Positions 38,632-49,010 of a stretch of 64,000 nt of DNA are shown here, in pieces. A program made the position numbers and the translations under genes. The stretch covers positions 224,001-288,000 of the forward strand of contig CAVPLT010000004.1 of NCBI GenBank assembly GCA_963706325.1, written 5' to 3'. The notes beneath the pieces were generated by a model, which made no database searches, was not told the origin of the DNA, and was given only the letters and a program-made list of their open reading frames with translations. This stretch comes from an uncultured Nitrospiraceae bacterium (GTDB taxonomy: Bacteria; Nitrospirota; Nitrospiria; Nitrospirales; Nitrospiraceae). Numbering within the stretch: position 1 is the stretch's first letter; each line of letters opens with the position of its first letter.

Positions 38632-39990
38632 ATGGCACGTGTGATCACGGAACAGGATTATTCAAGTCTCGCGCAGGATCTACTCGCGCGCGCCGCCAAA
38701 CAGGGAGCAACAGCTGCGGATGTCATGGTGGCCGACGGAGAGAATCTGTCGGTTCAGGTCAGGATGGGAGCGGTGGACCGGTTGACGAAAGCGCGCGAAA
38801 AGCGGCTGGGTCTGCGAGTGTTTTTGGGCCAACGCTCCGCCAGCGCATCGACATCCGATTTTTCCAAAGAATCCTTGGAACGCTTCGTTGGAGAGACTTG
38901 CGCACTGGCGCAGGCCGTTATCGAAGATCCCGTTTCTGGATTGCCCGACCCCGGACAGTGCGCGTCCGAGTTTCCCGAGCTGAACATTCACGATTCCACG
39001 AAACTGCAGACGGATCAGCAGATCGATCTCGCGCTTCGCACTGAACGTGCTGCATTTGCCGCCGATTCGCGGATCACGAATTCGGAGGGCGCGGATTGTG
39101 ATTCATCGTCGGGCCGGATCATATTGGCGAACAGCCATGGGTTTCACGGTCAGTATGCCAACAGTAGCTTTTCGCTCTCCGTGTCGCCTATTGCGTCGGA
39201 TGGCGCCGGCATGCAGCGGGATTACTGGTATGGCGTCGATCGATCCTTCGCAAAACTAGCGAGTCCGGAAGCCATCGGCCAGGAGGCGACCAGACGTACA
39301 GTGCGGAAGCTGGGCGCAAGGAAAGTTACCACCTGCTCCGCACCGGTGGTGTTCGACCCGGAGGTGGCGGGCGGTCTACTGGGGCATCTGTGCGGCGCAC
39401 TGTCCGGCTATGCGCTCTATAAGGGGGCATCCTTCCTCATTGGGCAATTGGGAAAGCAGATCGCCCCGGAGTTCGTGACCATTTATGATGATGGCCGAAT
39501 GCCAGGGGGCTTGGGTACACGTCCATTCGATGGCGAGGGTTTGCCGACAAGAAAACAGGCGGTTGTCGAACGTGGTCGCTTAACCAGTTACTTGCTGGAT
39601 ACCTATTCGGGCAAGAAGTTGGGCATGCCTTCAACTGGAAACGCGGCTCGCAGCATCGGAGAAAGTCCGTCGGCGGGGCCGACGAATTTTTATATGGTGC
39701 CGGGCACGACCAGACCGGAAGACATTCTGGCATCGGTGAAGCAGGGCTTGTACGTGACGGATCTCATCGGGTTTGGAATCAATATGGTGACCGGTGACTA
39801 TTCGCGGGGCGCAAGCGGATTCTGGATTGAGAACGGAGAATTGGCCTATCCCGTGGAGGAGATCACCATCGCGGGCAACCTTAAAAATATGTATGCGAAC
39901 ATTGAGACGATCGGCACGGATTTGGTGTTTCGTGGACGCGTGGCCTGCCCTACGGTAAAGCTTGCGGAGATGACCATCGCAGGGCAATAG
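38632..39990 (+). CDS. pmbA: TldE/PmbA metalloprotease partner
   Basis: MQRDYW, PFDGEG, VTGDYSRGASG and PVEEITIAGNL; directly follows tldD. Confidence 0.93.
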   Translation: MARVITEQDYSSLAQDLLARAAKQGATAADVMVADGENLSVQVRMGAVDRLTKAREKRLGLRVFLGQRSASASTSDFSKESLERFVGETCALAQAVIEDPVSGLPDPGQCASEFPELNIHDSTKLQTDQQIDLALRTERAAFAADSRITNSEGADCDSSSGRIILANSHGFHGQYANSSFSLSVSPIASDGAGMQRDYWYGVDRSFAKLASPEAIGQEATRRTVRKLGARKVTTCSAPVVFDPEVAGGLLGHLCGALSGYALYKGASFLIGQLGKQIAPEFVTIYDDGRMPGGLGTRPFDGEGLPTRKQAVVERGRLTSYLLDTYSGKKLGMPSTGNAARSIGESPSAGPTNFYMVPGTTRPEDILASVKQGLYVTDLIGFGINMVTGDYSRGASGFWIENGELAYPVEEITIAGNLKNMYANIETIGTDLVFRGRVACPTVKLAEMTIAGQ

Positions 39991-40210
39991 TCCGCCGGTT
40001 TTTTCATGTTGATGCTCATGGCGAATATTTGCAAGAACCATGGTCCAAGATCGCGAAAGCGAGGGATGCCTGGGAGCAGACCACACGGTTCGACCGGCAT
40101 CTTGTCTGAGAACTTCCGGTACCGACCCAACGGACGCGAGATCGGCTTGACACGGAAGCACATCGGGATACAAAAGCGTTTCACGCAACCTACACAACGC
40201 GAGAGGGACC

Positions 40211-40678
40211 ATGGCACTTGATACGGAATTCGGCAAGACGATGCTCCAACTGATTACGTCACGGTATGACGACCGGCATTGGAGAAAGAAAATCGAGAAG
40301 ACGCTCAGCCTTCCACACAGCGGGGTAGGAGATTCGCGCCAGCAACAGGTGTTCATGTATCTGAAGCTGGAACTCAAGGCGTACAAGTCCAGACGCGCCG
40401 ATCCTGACTCTTGGATTTTGGGGGGCTATGCCACCAAGGAAGTGATCGATCGGGCGAAGTTTCAGCCGCATCTGGTCGGAGAAGGCATTTCGTCCGAGGA
40501 TGTGGCATTTCTGGGCGTCGATCCTGGTGCAGAAATTGATGAAGCTTGGTGGGACGAAATGTTGGTGGCTTGGTTCGGGGCTCCCGAGGAGGATGAAGAG
40601 CAAAAGCAAGAATCCGAGGAGACAGCTGACGAACAACCTTTCACCGCCGACGCCGGAAACAATCCCTCCCGCATCTGA
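40211..40678 (+). CDS. hypothetical protein with an acidic C-terminus
   Basis: GAGAGGG Shine-Dalgarno, upstream TTGACA element and natural-looking composition. Confidence 0.75.
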   Translation: MALDTEFGKTMLQLITSRYDDRHWRKKIEKTLSLPHSGVGDSRQQQVFMYLKLELKAYKSRRADPDSWILGGYATKEVIDRAKFQPHLVGEGISSEDVAFLGVDPGAEIDEAWWDEMLVAWFGAPEEDEEQKQESEETADEQPFTADAGNNPSRI

Positions 40679-40746
40679 CGATACCTCACCGCCGGTCTGG
40701 CAGCCTCGCTCCGTTGAGGGGGCACTCGGATCAGGCGGTGTTTCGG

Positions 40747-41418
40747 CTACGACCCAAACAAATCCATTTGTTGTGCAGTTGAGGCGGGGAGATCGACCTG
40801 GGGCGTACGGACGGCGCTGACGGACGCGTTCTGCGGCGTCGCGGCACTTTGACTGTGTCGGTCGAGAAATTCCTTCAGCTTCTCGAAGTCTTCACGCAAG
40901 GGCTGAAGCATGCTTCCTTGGTGCAAGGCGGCGGCAGGGTGAAGCAGTGGAAAGAGCACGAACTCTTTCAGATAAAAGGCCTGTCCGCGCACTCTAGTGA
41001 TGCCTACTTTGCGCTCCAAGAGGGTTTGTGTCGCCCAGTTCCCCAACGAACAGACCAGTTTGGGTTTGATCATGCCGATCTGCTGCATCAGAAAAGGTTT
41101 GCAGGTTTCGACTTCCTGCGGTTCGGGATCGCGATTGTTTGGCGGTCGACATTTGATGACGTTGGCAATGTAGATGTCAGCACGAGACAGCCCCACCGAC
41201 TGCAATAATTCGTCGAGCAATTGCCCGGCGGCCCCCACGAACGGTTCTCCTTTTTTGTCTTCGTGAAATCCTGGAGCTTCTCCCACAAACATCACGGATG
41301 CGTGTGGACTGCCGACGCCGAAGACCACTTGGCTCCGACCCAGCTTCGCGAGCGGACAGCGTTGACAATTGTGCAGCGAGTCGGCGAGTTCCTGGAGGGG
41401 GCCTAGGGGATGAGACAT
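40747..41418 (-). CDS. udg: uracil-DNA glycosylase family 4 (4Fe-4S)
   Basis: [26 protein letters not shown] and HPAA. Confidence 0.95.
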   Translation of the reverse strand: MSHPLGPLQELADSLHNCQRCPLAKLGRSQVVFGVGSPHASVMFVGEAPGFHEDKKGEPFVGAAGQLLDELLQSVGLSRADIYIANVIKCRPPNNRDPEPQEVETCKPFLMQQIGMIKPKLVCSLGNWATQTLLERKVGITRVRGQAFYLKEFVLFPLLHPAAALHQGSMLQPLREDFEKLKEFLDRHSQSAATPQNASVSAVRTPQVDLPASTAQQMDLFGS

Positions 41419-41445
41419 GAGGCGTACCGTTAAATGGTAGACGGA

Positions 41446-41474
41446 ATCTTAGTCGCGGCCAAATGCCTTGTCAA
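41446..41474 (-). promoter_or_regulatory. sigma70 promoter for udg
   Basis: TTGACA-N17-TAAGAT on the minus strand. Confidence 0.6.
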
Positions 41475-41532
41475 TGTCTCAAGAAGCCCAGGGTGCTCGG
41501 CCTAGCTGGAACGGGCTGCGGGTGAAACAGGT

Positions 41533-42849
41533 TTAAAGGGCAGGTGTGTGAGCCTGAATCGCCTGGGCGCATCGTTCGCCACTGACAATAGCTGATTCCA
41601 GATTAGCCGGCCAACCGGTATCAGTCCAATCGCCCGCTACGTAGAGGTTGAGGAAAGGACTGCTCGGCAAGGGCCGACACTGTTGTGTCCCTGGTAGAAG
41701 CATGAGACACGCGTGGGGTTGTCTCACAACATCAGATTCAATGACGTGGCGAGTCGAGGTGGTGGGGAAGGCCGCATTCATGTCTGCTAAGGCGAGGCTC
41801 GTGAGCCCTTCGTCCGACTGCGCGAGGAGATCCTCGGCATCCACCGCGATGACCCACACGACTGATGCCCGTTCGTGCAGTTCTTCATCCTGATGCCGGA
41901 TTATCCAATGAAACGTATGATGTTCGAGCAGGACGAGCTGCGCCTGTTCTATTTCCTCATCGAGGTGCAGACGCACGATCATTAACGGCGACTCCCTGAG
42001 GCGGCTGAGTTGCTGAAAATAGGCATAATGAGTCACGACTCGCTCCGGCAACAGAGGCGTCAGAAGACGGCGGGGCAACGCAGCAACGTACCAGTCGGCG
42101 GTCAGCCTGGTGCGGTCGGCCAATTCGACTTGCGTGACGCGATCCCGATCGAAGTGCAGCTGGGTCGCTTCCATATTCAGCCTGAACTGGATGCCCATCG
42201 CCTCAAGCCGCGCTTTAAGCGGGGCGAGAAGAAACGAATTGAGGCCGCAGGACGGGAGAATGAGTTTCGTCGCTTTGGCGCCCGTCAAAAAACAGCGGCG
42301 CAGGGTTCGCATAAAGATACCGGCCGACACCTGCGGGAGCGCGGCTCCCAGCAATAGTCGGGCCAGGCTGTCCCACACTCCGCGTCTGGCATTCTCGGAC
42401 TGACCAATGCTGGCGAGCCATTCGTCCGCCAGGCGAAGGTCGAGATCGTTCGGCAACGGCGGATCTTGCTCCCACGTGCGCTCCATGAAAGACAGGAGAT
42501 GCCAGCGATCTCGCATCGACAGGCCTTGAAAAAGCGTCGTGCCGAGCAGGGTGTTGAGCGGGGAAGGCAGGGGCAGGTGTAGAAACTGGGTGTGGGTGCC
42601 GGTCGACTGCAGAAATTCGAGAGGCGTATGACGATACCGCCGGGTCAGAGTTTCCTTACCGAGACTGCCGAGCAACGACCACGTGGCGCGGTGCGCTTCA
42701 AGGAGAAGCGGCGGGGGCGCCTGACAGAGGCGGCCTCCGATTGCGTCTCCCTGGTCGATTACCGTGACGGAGTGGCCGCTTGTGCCCAAATGCAGCGCCG
42801 CCGTCAGACCGGCGATCCCGCCGCCAAGGATGAGCACCGTCCCGCTCAT
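41533..42849 (-). CDS. hpnE: hydroxysqualene dehydroxylase HpnE-like FAD oxidoreductase
   Basis: GGGIAG and LYVAGDWTDTGWPANLESAIVSG; ATGA-coupled to hpnD. Confidence 0.8.
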   Translation of the reverse strand: MSGTVLILGGGIAGLTAALHLGTSGHSVTVIDQGDAIGGRLCQAPPPLLLEAHRATWSLLGSLGKETLTRRYRHTPLEFLQSTGTHTQFLHLPLPSPLNTLLGTTLFQGLSMRDRWHLLSFMERTWEQDPPLPNDLDLRLADEWLASIGQSENARRGVWDSLARLLLGAALPQVSAGIFMRTLRRCFLTGAKATKLILPSCGLNSFLLAPLKARLEAMGIQFRLNMEATQLHFDRDRVTQVELADRTRLTADWYVAALPRRLLTPLLPERVVTHYAYFQQLSRLRESPLMIVRLHLDEEIEQAQLVLLEHHTFHWIIRHQDEELHERASVVWVIAVDAEDLLAQSDEGLTSLALADMNAAFPTTSTRHVIESDVVRQPHACLMLLPGTQQCRPLPSSPFLNLYVAGDWTDTGWPANLESAIVSGERCAQAIQAHTPAL

Positions 42850-43718
42850 GAAGTCGAGAAAGGGAGCCGAGACTGGAGCCACACGCCGGCGGCCACTGCC
42901 AGCCGGTGACTAGGAGACAATGTGACTCGTTCGCCCAGCACGCGGTATCCGGATTCTTCGATCCGGTGCAGGATACGGCTGTACACGCCGCGCATGATCT
43001 CCGCCACCGTCAGCGCTCGACGTTCAGTGGGCGGCAGTGATTCCAGCGCGCGCGCGGCTTTCGCGTAGAATTCGCGTGCGCGGCCGACCTCGAACCGCAT
43101 GAGTTCGATGAACGCCGGGCTGTATTGCCGGCGCATGAGATCGTTTTCCCCATACGTAAAGCGCGCGAAATCCTCTTGCGGGACGTAGACGCGGCCGCAT
43201 TCGGCGTCGTTGCCGAGGTCGCGAAGTATGTTCGTCAGTTGAAAGGCCATACCGAGATTGACGGCATAATCTTGGGCGCGCGGGGATGTGGTGCCGAACA
43301 CGTGGAGACAAATCAAGCCGACGACAGACGCCACGCGATAGCAATAGAGTGAGAGCTGATCGAAAGTGGCGTAGCGCGTCGTCGTGAGATCCATTTCGAC
43401 GCCCTTGATGAGTTCCTCAAAGTACACCTGTGGGATCGACAGCTCACGGACGTGTCGAGCAAGGCTGATCGTAACGGGGAGGGTCGGCGTGCCTTCGTAG
43501 GCGGCGATCAACTCCCGCCGCCAACGTGTCAGTTCGTCCTGAGGATGACTTCCGGGAGGCGGCTCGTCGACGGCATTGTCCACCTCCTTACAGAATGCGT
43601 ACACCGTATACATCGCGTCGCGGCGTGCCTTCGGGAGAAAAAGAAAGGAATAGTAAAAGTTGCTCCCGCTTTTTTTGGTGAGCGTGGTGCAATAGGCTTG
43701 CGCGTCGGTGGATGTCAT
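42846..43718 (-). CDS. hpnD: presqualene diphosphate synthase HpnD
   Basis: SGSNFYYSF, YAFCKEVDNAVD, YCYRVASVVG and FQLTNILRD. Confidence 0.9.
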   Translation of the reverse strand: MTSTDAQAYCTTLTKKSGSNFYYSFLFLPKARRDAMYTVYAFCKEVDNAVDEPPPGSHPQDELTRWRRELIAAYEGTPTLPVTISLARHVRELSIPQVYFEELIKGVEMDLTTTRYATFDQLSLYCYRVASVVGLICLHVFGTTSPRAQDYAVNLGMAFQLTNILRDLGNDAECGRVYVPQEDFARFTYGENDLMRRQYSPAFIELMRFEVGRAREFYAKAARALESLPPTERRALTVAEIMRGVYSRILHRIEESGYRVLGERVTLSPSHRLAVAAGVWLQSRLPFSTS

Positions 43719-44647
43719 CGTGGCAGCGCCGTGCGCTGTGCGAGTCGTTCCACTGCGGGTGGAAGAGAGTGGTCAAATTGGGCCGGATGGAGGATAGCTG
43801 CCAATTGTTCCAGCCCGTCGATCAGGCGTGGACCGGGGCGGCTGAAGTACGCCAGGGCATCGACGAGAAACACCGCTCCTGTCTGAACAGCGGAAAGATT
43901 TTTCCACTGTGGCTGCTCCGTGAGAGCGGCGAGTTCGGTCCTCGTTCGCTCCACCGTAAATCCGCAAGGCATGAGGATGATGACGTCCGGTGAGGCTGCG
44001 GAGAGCGTATCCCAATTCACTTTTTGAGAAGGCGTGCCGGCAGTTGCCAAGACATCAATCCCTCCTGCGGCTTCCACCATGTCAGGGACCCAATGGCCCG
44101 CAGTATAAAGTGGCGCGAGCCATTCGAGGCAGGCGACTGTAGGACGTATGTGCTCGGAGGCTACCTTGGCGTGAACGACGTTGATCCTCGCGCGCAGCTT
44201 GGCGGATAATTGTCTACCGGCTCCCTCCTGTCCTAGGGCTGCGCCAAGCGTTTCGATGTCGCGAAGAATGTCCTCCAGTCGCCGTGGGGTGAGGGTGACC
44301 ATGCGGGGCGACGGCGAGAGGCTGCGAACGACGTGATCCAGTTGCGACGAGGTGATCGCGCACACGTCGCAGAGATCTTGGGCGATGATCAGGTCCGGCC
44401 GCGCCGCCAGCAGCTGCGCTTCGTCCAATTCGTACAGGCCTGTCCCCGCCGAGAGCAGGCTGCCCACCTGTTCATCGATTTGGGAGCTCGAGAGACGGTG
44501 GCTTTCAATGCGCGGGCGCACCATGACGGGGATCTGCGCGAGGCTAGGTGGATAGTCACATTCGTGGCTGATGCCGACCAAGTCTCCTTGACGTCCCAAC
44601 GCCGCGACGACTTCTGTAGCTCCTGGCACCAGTGAACAAATCTTCAT
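43715..44647 (-). CDS. BtuF-like (cobalamin/Fe-siderophore class) binding protein without a signal peptide
   Basis: KICSLVPGATE, GISHECDYP, QDLCDVCA, GHWVPDM and FSRPGPRL. Confidence 0.85.
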   Translation of the reverse strand: MKICSLVPGATEVVAALGRQGDLVGISHECDYPPSLAQIPVMVRPRIESHRLSSSQIDEQVGSLLSAGTGLYELDEAQLLAARPDLIIAQDLCDVCAITSSQLDHVVRSLSPSPRMVTLTPRRLEDILRDIETLGAALGQEGAGRQLSAKLRARINVVHAKVASEHIRPTVACLEWLAPLYTAGHWVPDMVEAAGGIDVLATAGTPSQKVNWDTLSAASPDVIILMPCGFTVERTRTELAALTEQPQWKNLSAVQTGAVFLVDALAYFSRPGPRLIDGLEQLAAILHPAQFDHSLPPAVERLAQRTALPR

Positions 44648-44655
44648 GCGCGTCC

Positions 44656-45351
44656 TTAAGCCGTTCCCCACAGACGTGCCTCCAGCTCGGAGAGCCGGAT
44701 TTCTGTAAGCGAATGGGTGATGCTGTCTGCCTCGCCAAGATCTTGCATCGCATGGGTGTTGGCGACAGCCAAGACTTTCATGCCCGCCGCGCGCGCACCT
44801 CGGACCCCGGGCAAGGAATCTTCAATGACCAGGCAATCCCCTGGGGTCAGAGCAAGGCGCTTGGATTGTTGATTCAAGCCTGCCAAGGCATGGAGAAAAG
44901 GCTCCGGAGCCGGCTTGCCGCGGGTGACATCTTCCGCACTGGTTATGTGTCGAAAGGCCTTACGAAGCCCCGCTTCCTCTAGAATCAATTCGATTTCGTT
45001 CCGTAGTGCACCCGAGGCAATGGCGAGTGGATACCGCTCTGCGGCATCGAGGACAAGTTCACGTACCCCGGGAAAGATTGCCAGATGTTGTTTGACTGCA
45101 GTCAGGTAAGCCAATGCCTTTTCATGCATCAACTCGGTGAGCACCGCCGGGGTCACCTGGCGATGGTGCTGGTGCAAGGCCGCCATGAAACAACCGCGAT
45201 CATCGAAACCCAGATAGTCGGTGTAGTATTCCGTCTCTGTGAGGGTAATCTCGATACCTGCCAAGACCTGTTGCAAGGCGGTGCAGTGGAGGGGTTCGGT
45301 ATCGGCGATGACCCCGTCGAAATCAAAAATAACGGCGCGTAATTCGCTCAT
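44656..45351 (-). CDS. HAD-family phosphatase
   Basis: FDFDGVIADTEPLH, GKPAPE and IEDSLPG. Confidence 0.92.
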   Translation of the reverse strand: MSELRAVIFDFDGVIADTEPLHCTALQQVLAGIEITLTETEYYTDYLGFDDRGCFMAALHQHHRQVTPAVLTELMHEKALAYLTAVKQHLAIFPGVRELVLDAAERYPLAIASGALRNEIELILEEAGLRKAFRHITSAEDVTRGKPAPEPFLHALAGLNQQSKRLALTPGDCLVIEDSLPGVRGARAAGMKVLAVANTHAMQDLGEADSITHSLTEIRLSELEARLWGTA

Positions 45352-45416
45352 GGTCGTGACTCGTTCATCCTTGGGCGTAGATCGCCGAATATCAGTCGGT
45401 CGAGTGTGGGCGCCGC

Positions 45417-45425
45417 ATTATAGCA
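45417..45425 (-). promoter_or_regulatory. extended -10 promoter for the HAD-hpn operon
   Basis: TGcTATAAT on the minus strand, just downstream of the upstream gene's terminator. Confidence 0.55.
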
Positions 45426-45439
45426 AGGGAGTGCCGACG

Positions 45440-45481
45440 AAAAAAAGGCGACGGCCCGTTCCGGGGAGGACGGGCCGTCGC
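45440..45481 (-). terminator. intrinsic terminator
   Basis: Stem gcgacggcccgt..acgggccgtcgc with a U7 tract on the minus strand. Confidence 0.85.
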
Positions 45482-45507
45482 AGGTGGGGCCAGACGCCGA
45501 TGATCCG

Positions 45508-46209
45508 TTAACGTTTGAGTCTCAAACCTCGTTCAGGAATCCACCCCTTCCGGCCGTCCTCGGTGCGTACCGCATAGACCCAGCCGCTTTTTTGGTAGTC
45601 CCCATCCAACACGGTCAGCGTGGTGCTGGCTTGCACCGTGGTGCTGGTTTTTCTGCCTGCTGCATCGACGAACAAAGGCACCGGCGAGTTGGGCCGGCTA
45701 GGATTGGGAATGACCGTCACCCGTTGGCCCTCTGAAAAAAGTGGGCCGGCGACATTGGTCACCGCAGGGGAGGATTTTGGTGCCGGTGTGGCAGGCGCTA
45801 CAATGACCGGCGGCGCGGGGGCTGGCGCCGCCGGCGACGAGGAACCGATATCAACCAACTCAGGTGGAGGGATTGTGGGGGCTTGAGCTTGTTCGTTGTT
45901 CGGTAGCATACGAGGGGCGGGTGGGGTGGTTTCCACGCGTTCCTCAAGGTAGGGTTCGATGAGTTGCATGGCTCTATCCGGGTCCATGGCCACATAGCCG
46001 ATCCCTCCGACTACCAGAAGCAGGAAAATCCAGAGGAGAGGTCGGTTCCCAGACCGCTTGGGGGCGTTCATCGGAGGCGCGGGAGGCGGCATGGGTTCAT
46101 CCAAGTCGTCTTCGGAGAACTCAAGGTCCGGTTCGGGCTGACGTGCAAACAAGAGATGCCAGTTCGTCCACTCACTGCTGAGCGCGGAAACGCCCGTAGA
46201 TGAAAACAT
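45508..46209 (-). CDS. single-TM protein with a Pro-rich linker and C-terminal SH3-like domain
   Basis: TM segment LLWIFLLLVVGGIGYV; WVYAVRTEDGRKGWIPE; GGAGGAGG Shine-Dalgarno. Confidence 0.75.
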   Translation of the reverse strand: MFSSTGVSALSSEWTNWHLLFARQPEPDLEFSEDDLDEPMPPPAPPMNAPKRSGNRPLLWIFLLLVVGGIGYVAMDPDRAMQLIEPYLEERVETTPPAPRMLPNNEQAQAPTIPPPELVDIGSSSPAAPAPAPPVIVAPATPAPKSSPAVTNVAGPLFSEGQRVTVIPNPSRPNSPVPLFVDAAGRKTSTTVQASTTLTVLDGDYQKSGWVYAVRTEDGRKGWIPERGLRLKR

Positions 46210-46502
46210 TGGTGGACCTCCTCCTTCGAAACATATCATGGACTAGGTGATTCTTTAGGTACTTATCACTGACCCTCAAGCCTGTCAATTTTGTTGCCTA
46301 AAGCAACGGGTGGCTCAAGCCTGCTAGAAGGTGGTGTCAATCCGTCTCAACGATCAAGAAATTGACGGAAAGAAAATTTCGAATCGAGTGTGTCTCGGCG
46401 AGCACGTGAGGGCGCCATGAGGCCTCATGACGCATGCAAGGGCTTGCAACTTCGAACATCCTCGTTGCAGAATCGATCACGCACCCTGATGCGCGGAGTT
46501 TC

Positions 46503-46916
46503 ATGAAGTCCTATCGGGAAGAATTGTGGTTCGAGACACAGACGAGACGCGCCTATCTCAATATTACGGCGCAGGTAGACGCCGCAGTGCGGAAAAGCGG
46601 CGTGCGAGAAGGCATGGTCCTGGTGAATGCCATGCACATTACCGCCAGTGTTTACATCAACGATGATGAAGCGGGATTACTCCACGACTACGAGACCGTC
46701 CTTGAACGGCTGGTTCCGCAGCATGCGACCTATCGCCACAATGACACCGGCGAGGATAACGGCGATGCGCACATCAAGCGGCAGCTCATGGGGCGAGAAG
46801 TGGTCGTCGCGATTACGGATGGAAAATTGGATTTCGGACCGTGGGAGCAAATTTTTTACGGGGAGTTTGATGGGCGGCGACGCAAGCGCGTGCTGGTCAA
46901 GGTCATTGGCGAATGA
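46503..46916 (+). CDS. yjbQ: YjbQ-family protein (UPF0047)
   Basis: [22 protein letters not shown] and [15 protein letters not shown]. Confidence 0.93.
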   Translation: MKSYREELWFETQTRRAYLNITAQVDAAVRKSGVREGMVLVNAMHITASVYINDDEAGLLHDYETVLERLVPQHATYRHNDTGEDNGDAHIKRQLMGREVVVAITDGKLDFGPWEQIFYGEFDGRRRKRVLVKVIGE

Positions 46917-47074
46917 TTGATCGGCTGATGGCTCAATGCCGGCTCGGATGACTCGGGGCGACCTCGACGAAGATCCGCAACACGCTTGCTACGTTCTGGA
47001 AAGTTTGGCAACATGGACAACAGGATGAACAGAAATCTATCGGAGCGAAATCGTATCGACGTGGGAGGCCGACC

Positions 47075-48088
47075 ATGTTGAGTTGGTCGCGACCTGATCC
47101 ATTGACGCGTGATCTCATTCATTTAATCAATGCGCGTCGTCATGATCATGGCGACACCGATGCCGCGATTGATACGCTGCAGGCGTTTATCGAGCAGGGA
47201 CGCGAGCAGGACCTCCTGACAGTCCTGGCCGCTCTGGATGAGGAAATGGCAGAGTGGATGTTTGATCTGGTGGCGGAAGCCTCGTGCGCCGTCATTATGG
47301 ACGGGCCGGATGATGAGAAGAATGCGTATGCGCTCATGGCCGCCTTGGAGTTGCCGCTTCAAGCTAATTTAAGTCAGCCGCTTGGGCTGAAGATTGATCC
47401 CGTCGCGACCGCCGATCTCCTCCATCGTCATTTGCAACTGCCGGCCGGGGTTGTCGTCCGGGTTGAGCCCCGTCTTCTGACTGACGCAACCTTGGAAGGG
47501 TTAACGTTACAAACGTTAAACGAACATTTGGCGAGCATCGCGGACTCGCAACGCACCCAGGCGATCGCGTCTCGGCTTCATCCGCCGGTGGAAAACACGG
47601 CGTTCCTTTTTTTCCAGCTCATCGGGATGCCCGATCCGGGATTGCCGGACTCGCTGGAGGAGCCGGAACGTCGGGCGCTCCTCGACGGACTGGTGGCGCA
47701 ATGTGCGGAGTTGGCCCTGGCACCGGATACCTTGGAGGTGCCCGTGTATGCATCGTACGCCCTGTTCGACGCGCAGAATGCCGTTCGGCTTCACCGGTTG
47801 GCCGATGAAACTGCTGCGGTGTGGCACGACCTCGACCCCATGGTGCGAGCGCGCACCATTGCCCACCTGCACACGCAATGTGGGAATGGGGTCTACATGC
47901 CGGTCTGGACCGATCTTTTTGATCCGGAACTGCCTGAGGACCATGGCCCGGTCTGGACATCGCCGGATGTGTGGGTGTTCACGGCGGATCTTCCCATCGA
48001 GTGGCCTGGCGAAATGCTCACGAATCGGCTGCTTGCCGAGGGGTGCACGCGATTCGAGAATCACATCGTCGAAGCGCCGGAAAACTAG
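47075..48088 (+). CDS. hypothetical protein (weak resemblance to DUF2863)
   Basis: 337-aa ORF with a GGAGG Shine-Dalgarno and an acidic, soluble composition. Confidence 0.75.
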   Translation: MLSWSRPDPLTRDLIHLINARRHDHGDTDAAIDTLQAFIEQGREQDLLTVLAALDEEMAEWMFDLVAEASCAVIMDGPDDEKNAYALMAALELPLQANLSQPLGLKIDPVATADLLHRHLQLPAGVVVRVEPRLLTDATLEGLTLQTLNEHLASIADSQRTQAIASRLHPPVENTAFLFFQLIGMPDPGLPDSLEEPERRALLDGLVAQCAELALAPDTLEVPVYASYALFDAQNAVRLHRLADETAAVWHDLDPMVRARTIAHLHTQCGNGVYMPVWTDLFDPELPEDHGPVWTSPDVWVFTADLPIEWPGEMLTNRLLAEGCTRFENHIVEAPEN

Positions 48089-48222
48089 CCGGCTGAGGAT
48101 TTTCATCGAGACGGTTCCTGGGGAAAGAGGCTCACCATTTGCGTTTGCCGGACGAGATCCTGAGGAATGCATCACCATCTTCCTAGGCGGACGGCATCGG
48201 TTCCCCATGAAGCAGGAGCTGC

Positions 48223-48831
48223 TTGGCTGACCCATCCCGATTTGGCGCCATCATTGTTGTCACGGTACTCAGCTGTGTGGTGTTGGGTGCGGTTTGGGGT
48301 ATTGTGGTCTATGTGATGCCTCAGAGTGACAGTTCGCCGCAGATACCCGCGCCATCTCCCCCCACGCCAATACTGCCCTCGTCCGCATCACCATCATTGA
48401 GCCTCGGTATGCCGACCACGCCCGTCCACGCCCCTCCCCCCGTGCTGGTGAAGGAGGCGCCAGCTGCCGAGTCTGCGCCGCTAGGGCGACTTGCCTCTGG
48501 GGGCGTGCGACTTCCATTTGGAATGGATGTGAAATGCGCGATGGAAATGGACAGTCTGTGTTCTGAAGACGAGGGTAATCGGGGGATATGTATGGAGCGC
48601 AAGGCGACGCAAGTGTCCGCCCCCTGTCGTCCCATCTTTCGAGAGCGGCTTGTGAGACTGAAAGAAAATCTGCAACAGATGCGGGTGGCCTGTGAGGCAG
48701 ATCGTCGACAGTATTGTCGCGACGAGGCGCTAAGCGGAGGGACCATCGTCCAGTGTTTGGAAGCCCACGCGCAGGAAGTGTCGGATCCATGTTTTAAATT
48801 CCTGCCGAAACGCGGGCGGCTGCTGAACTAG
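48223..48831 (+). CDS. membrane-anchored protein with two Cys-rich (GLG1-like) repeats
   Basis: N-terminal TM helix, Pro-rich linker, and CAMEMDSLC..C..VSAPC / CEADRRQYC..C..VSDPC; TTG after AGGAG. Confidence 0.75.
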   Translation: MADPSRFGAIIVVTVLSCVVLGAVWGIVVYVMPQSDSSPQIPAPSPPTPILPSSASPSLSLGMPTTPVHAPPPVLVKEAPAAESAPLGRLASGGVRLPFGMDVKCAMEMDSLCSEDEGNRGICMERKATQVSAPCRPIFRERLVRLKENLQQMRVACEADRRQYCRDEALSGGTIVQCLEAHAQEVSDPCFKFLPKRGRLLN

Positions 48832-49010
48832 CCACGACTCTTGAGGAATTCCTGCCGTATCGTCCGATGGTCTCGCTCGACGGGGTTGTTCTCCTTCGAC
48901 CTCGTGACGGACTGTACGTGCGCCCAACCAGGCCTTATTGTCGGAAAACTCGGCGGAGGTCGGTCTCGAACGTCCCACACGGCATTCCGGACCAGGCCGG
49001 ACTAGCACTG

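Noticed and set aside
37194..39990. tldD/tldE as part of a RiPP or microcin cluster
   Set aside because: No precursor peptide, YcaO or transporter is adjacent; this is the ordinary housekeeping pair.
46335..46369. Imperfect inverted repeat (gtcaat..attgac) between divergent genes
   Set aside because: Short, and explainable as back-to-back -35-like elements; no regulator can be assigned.
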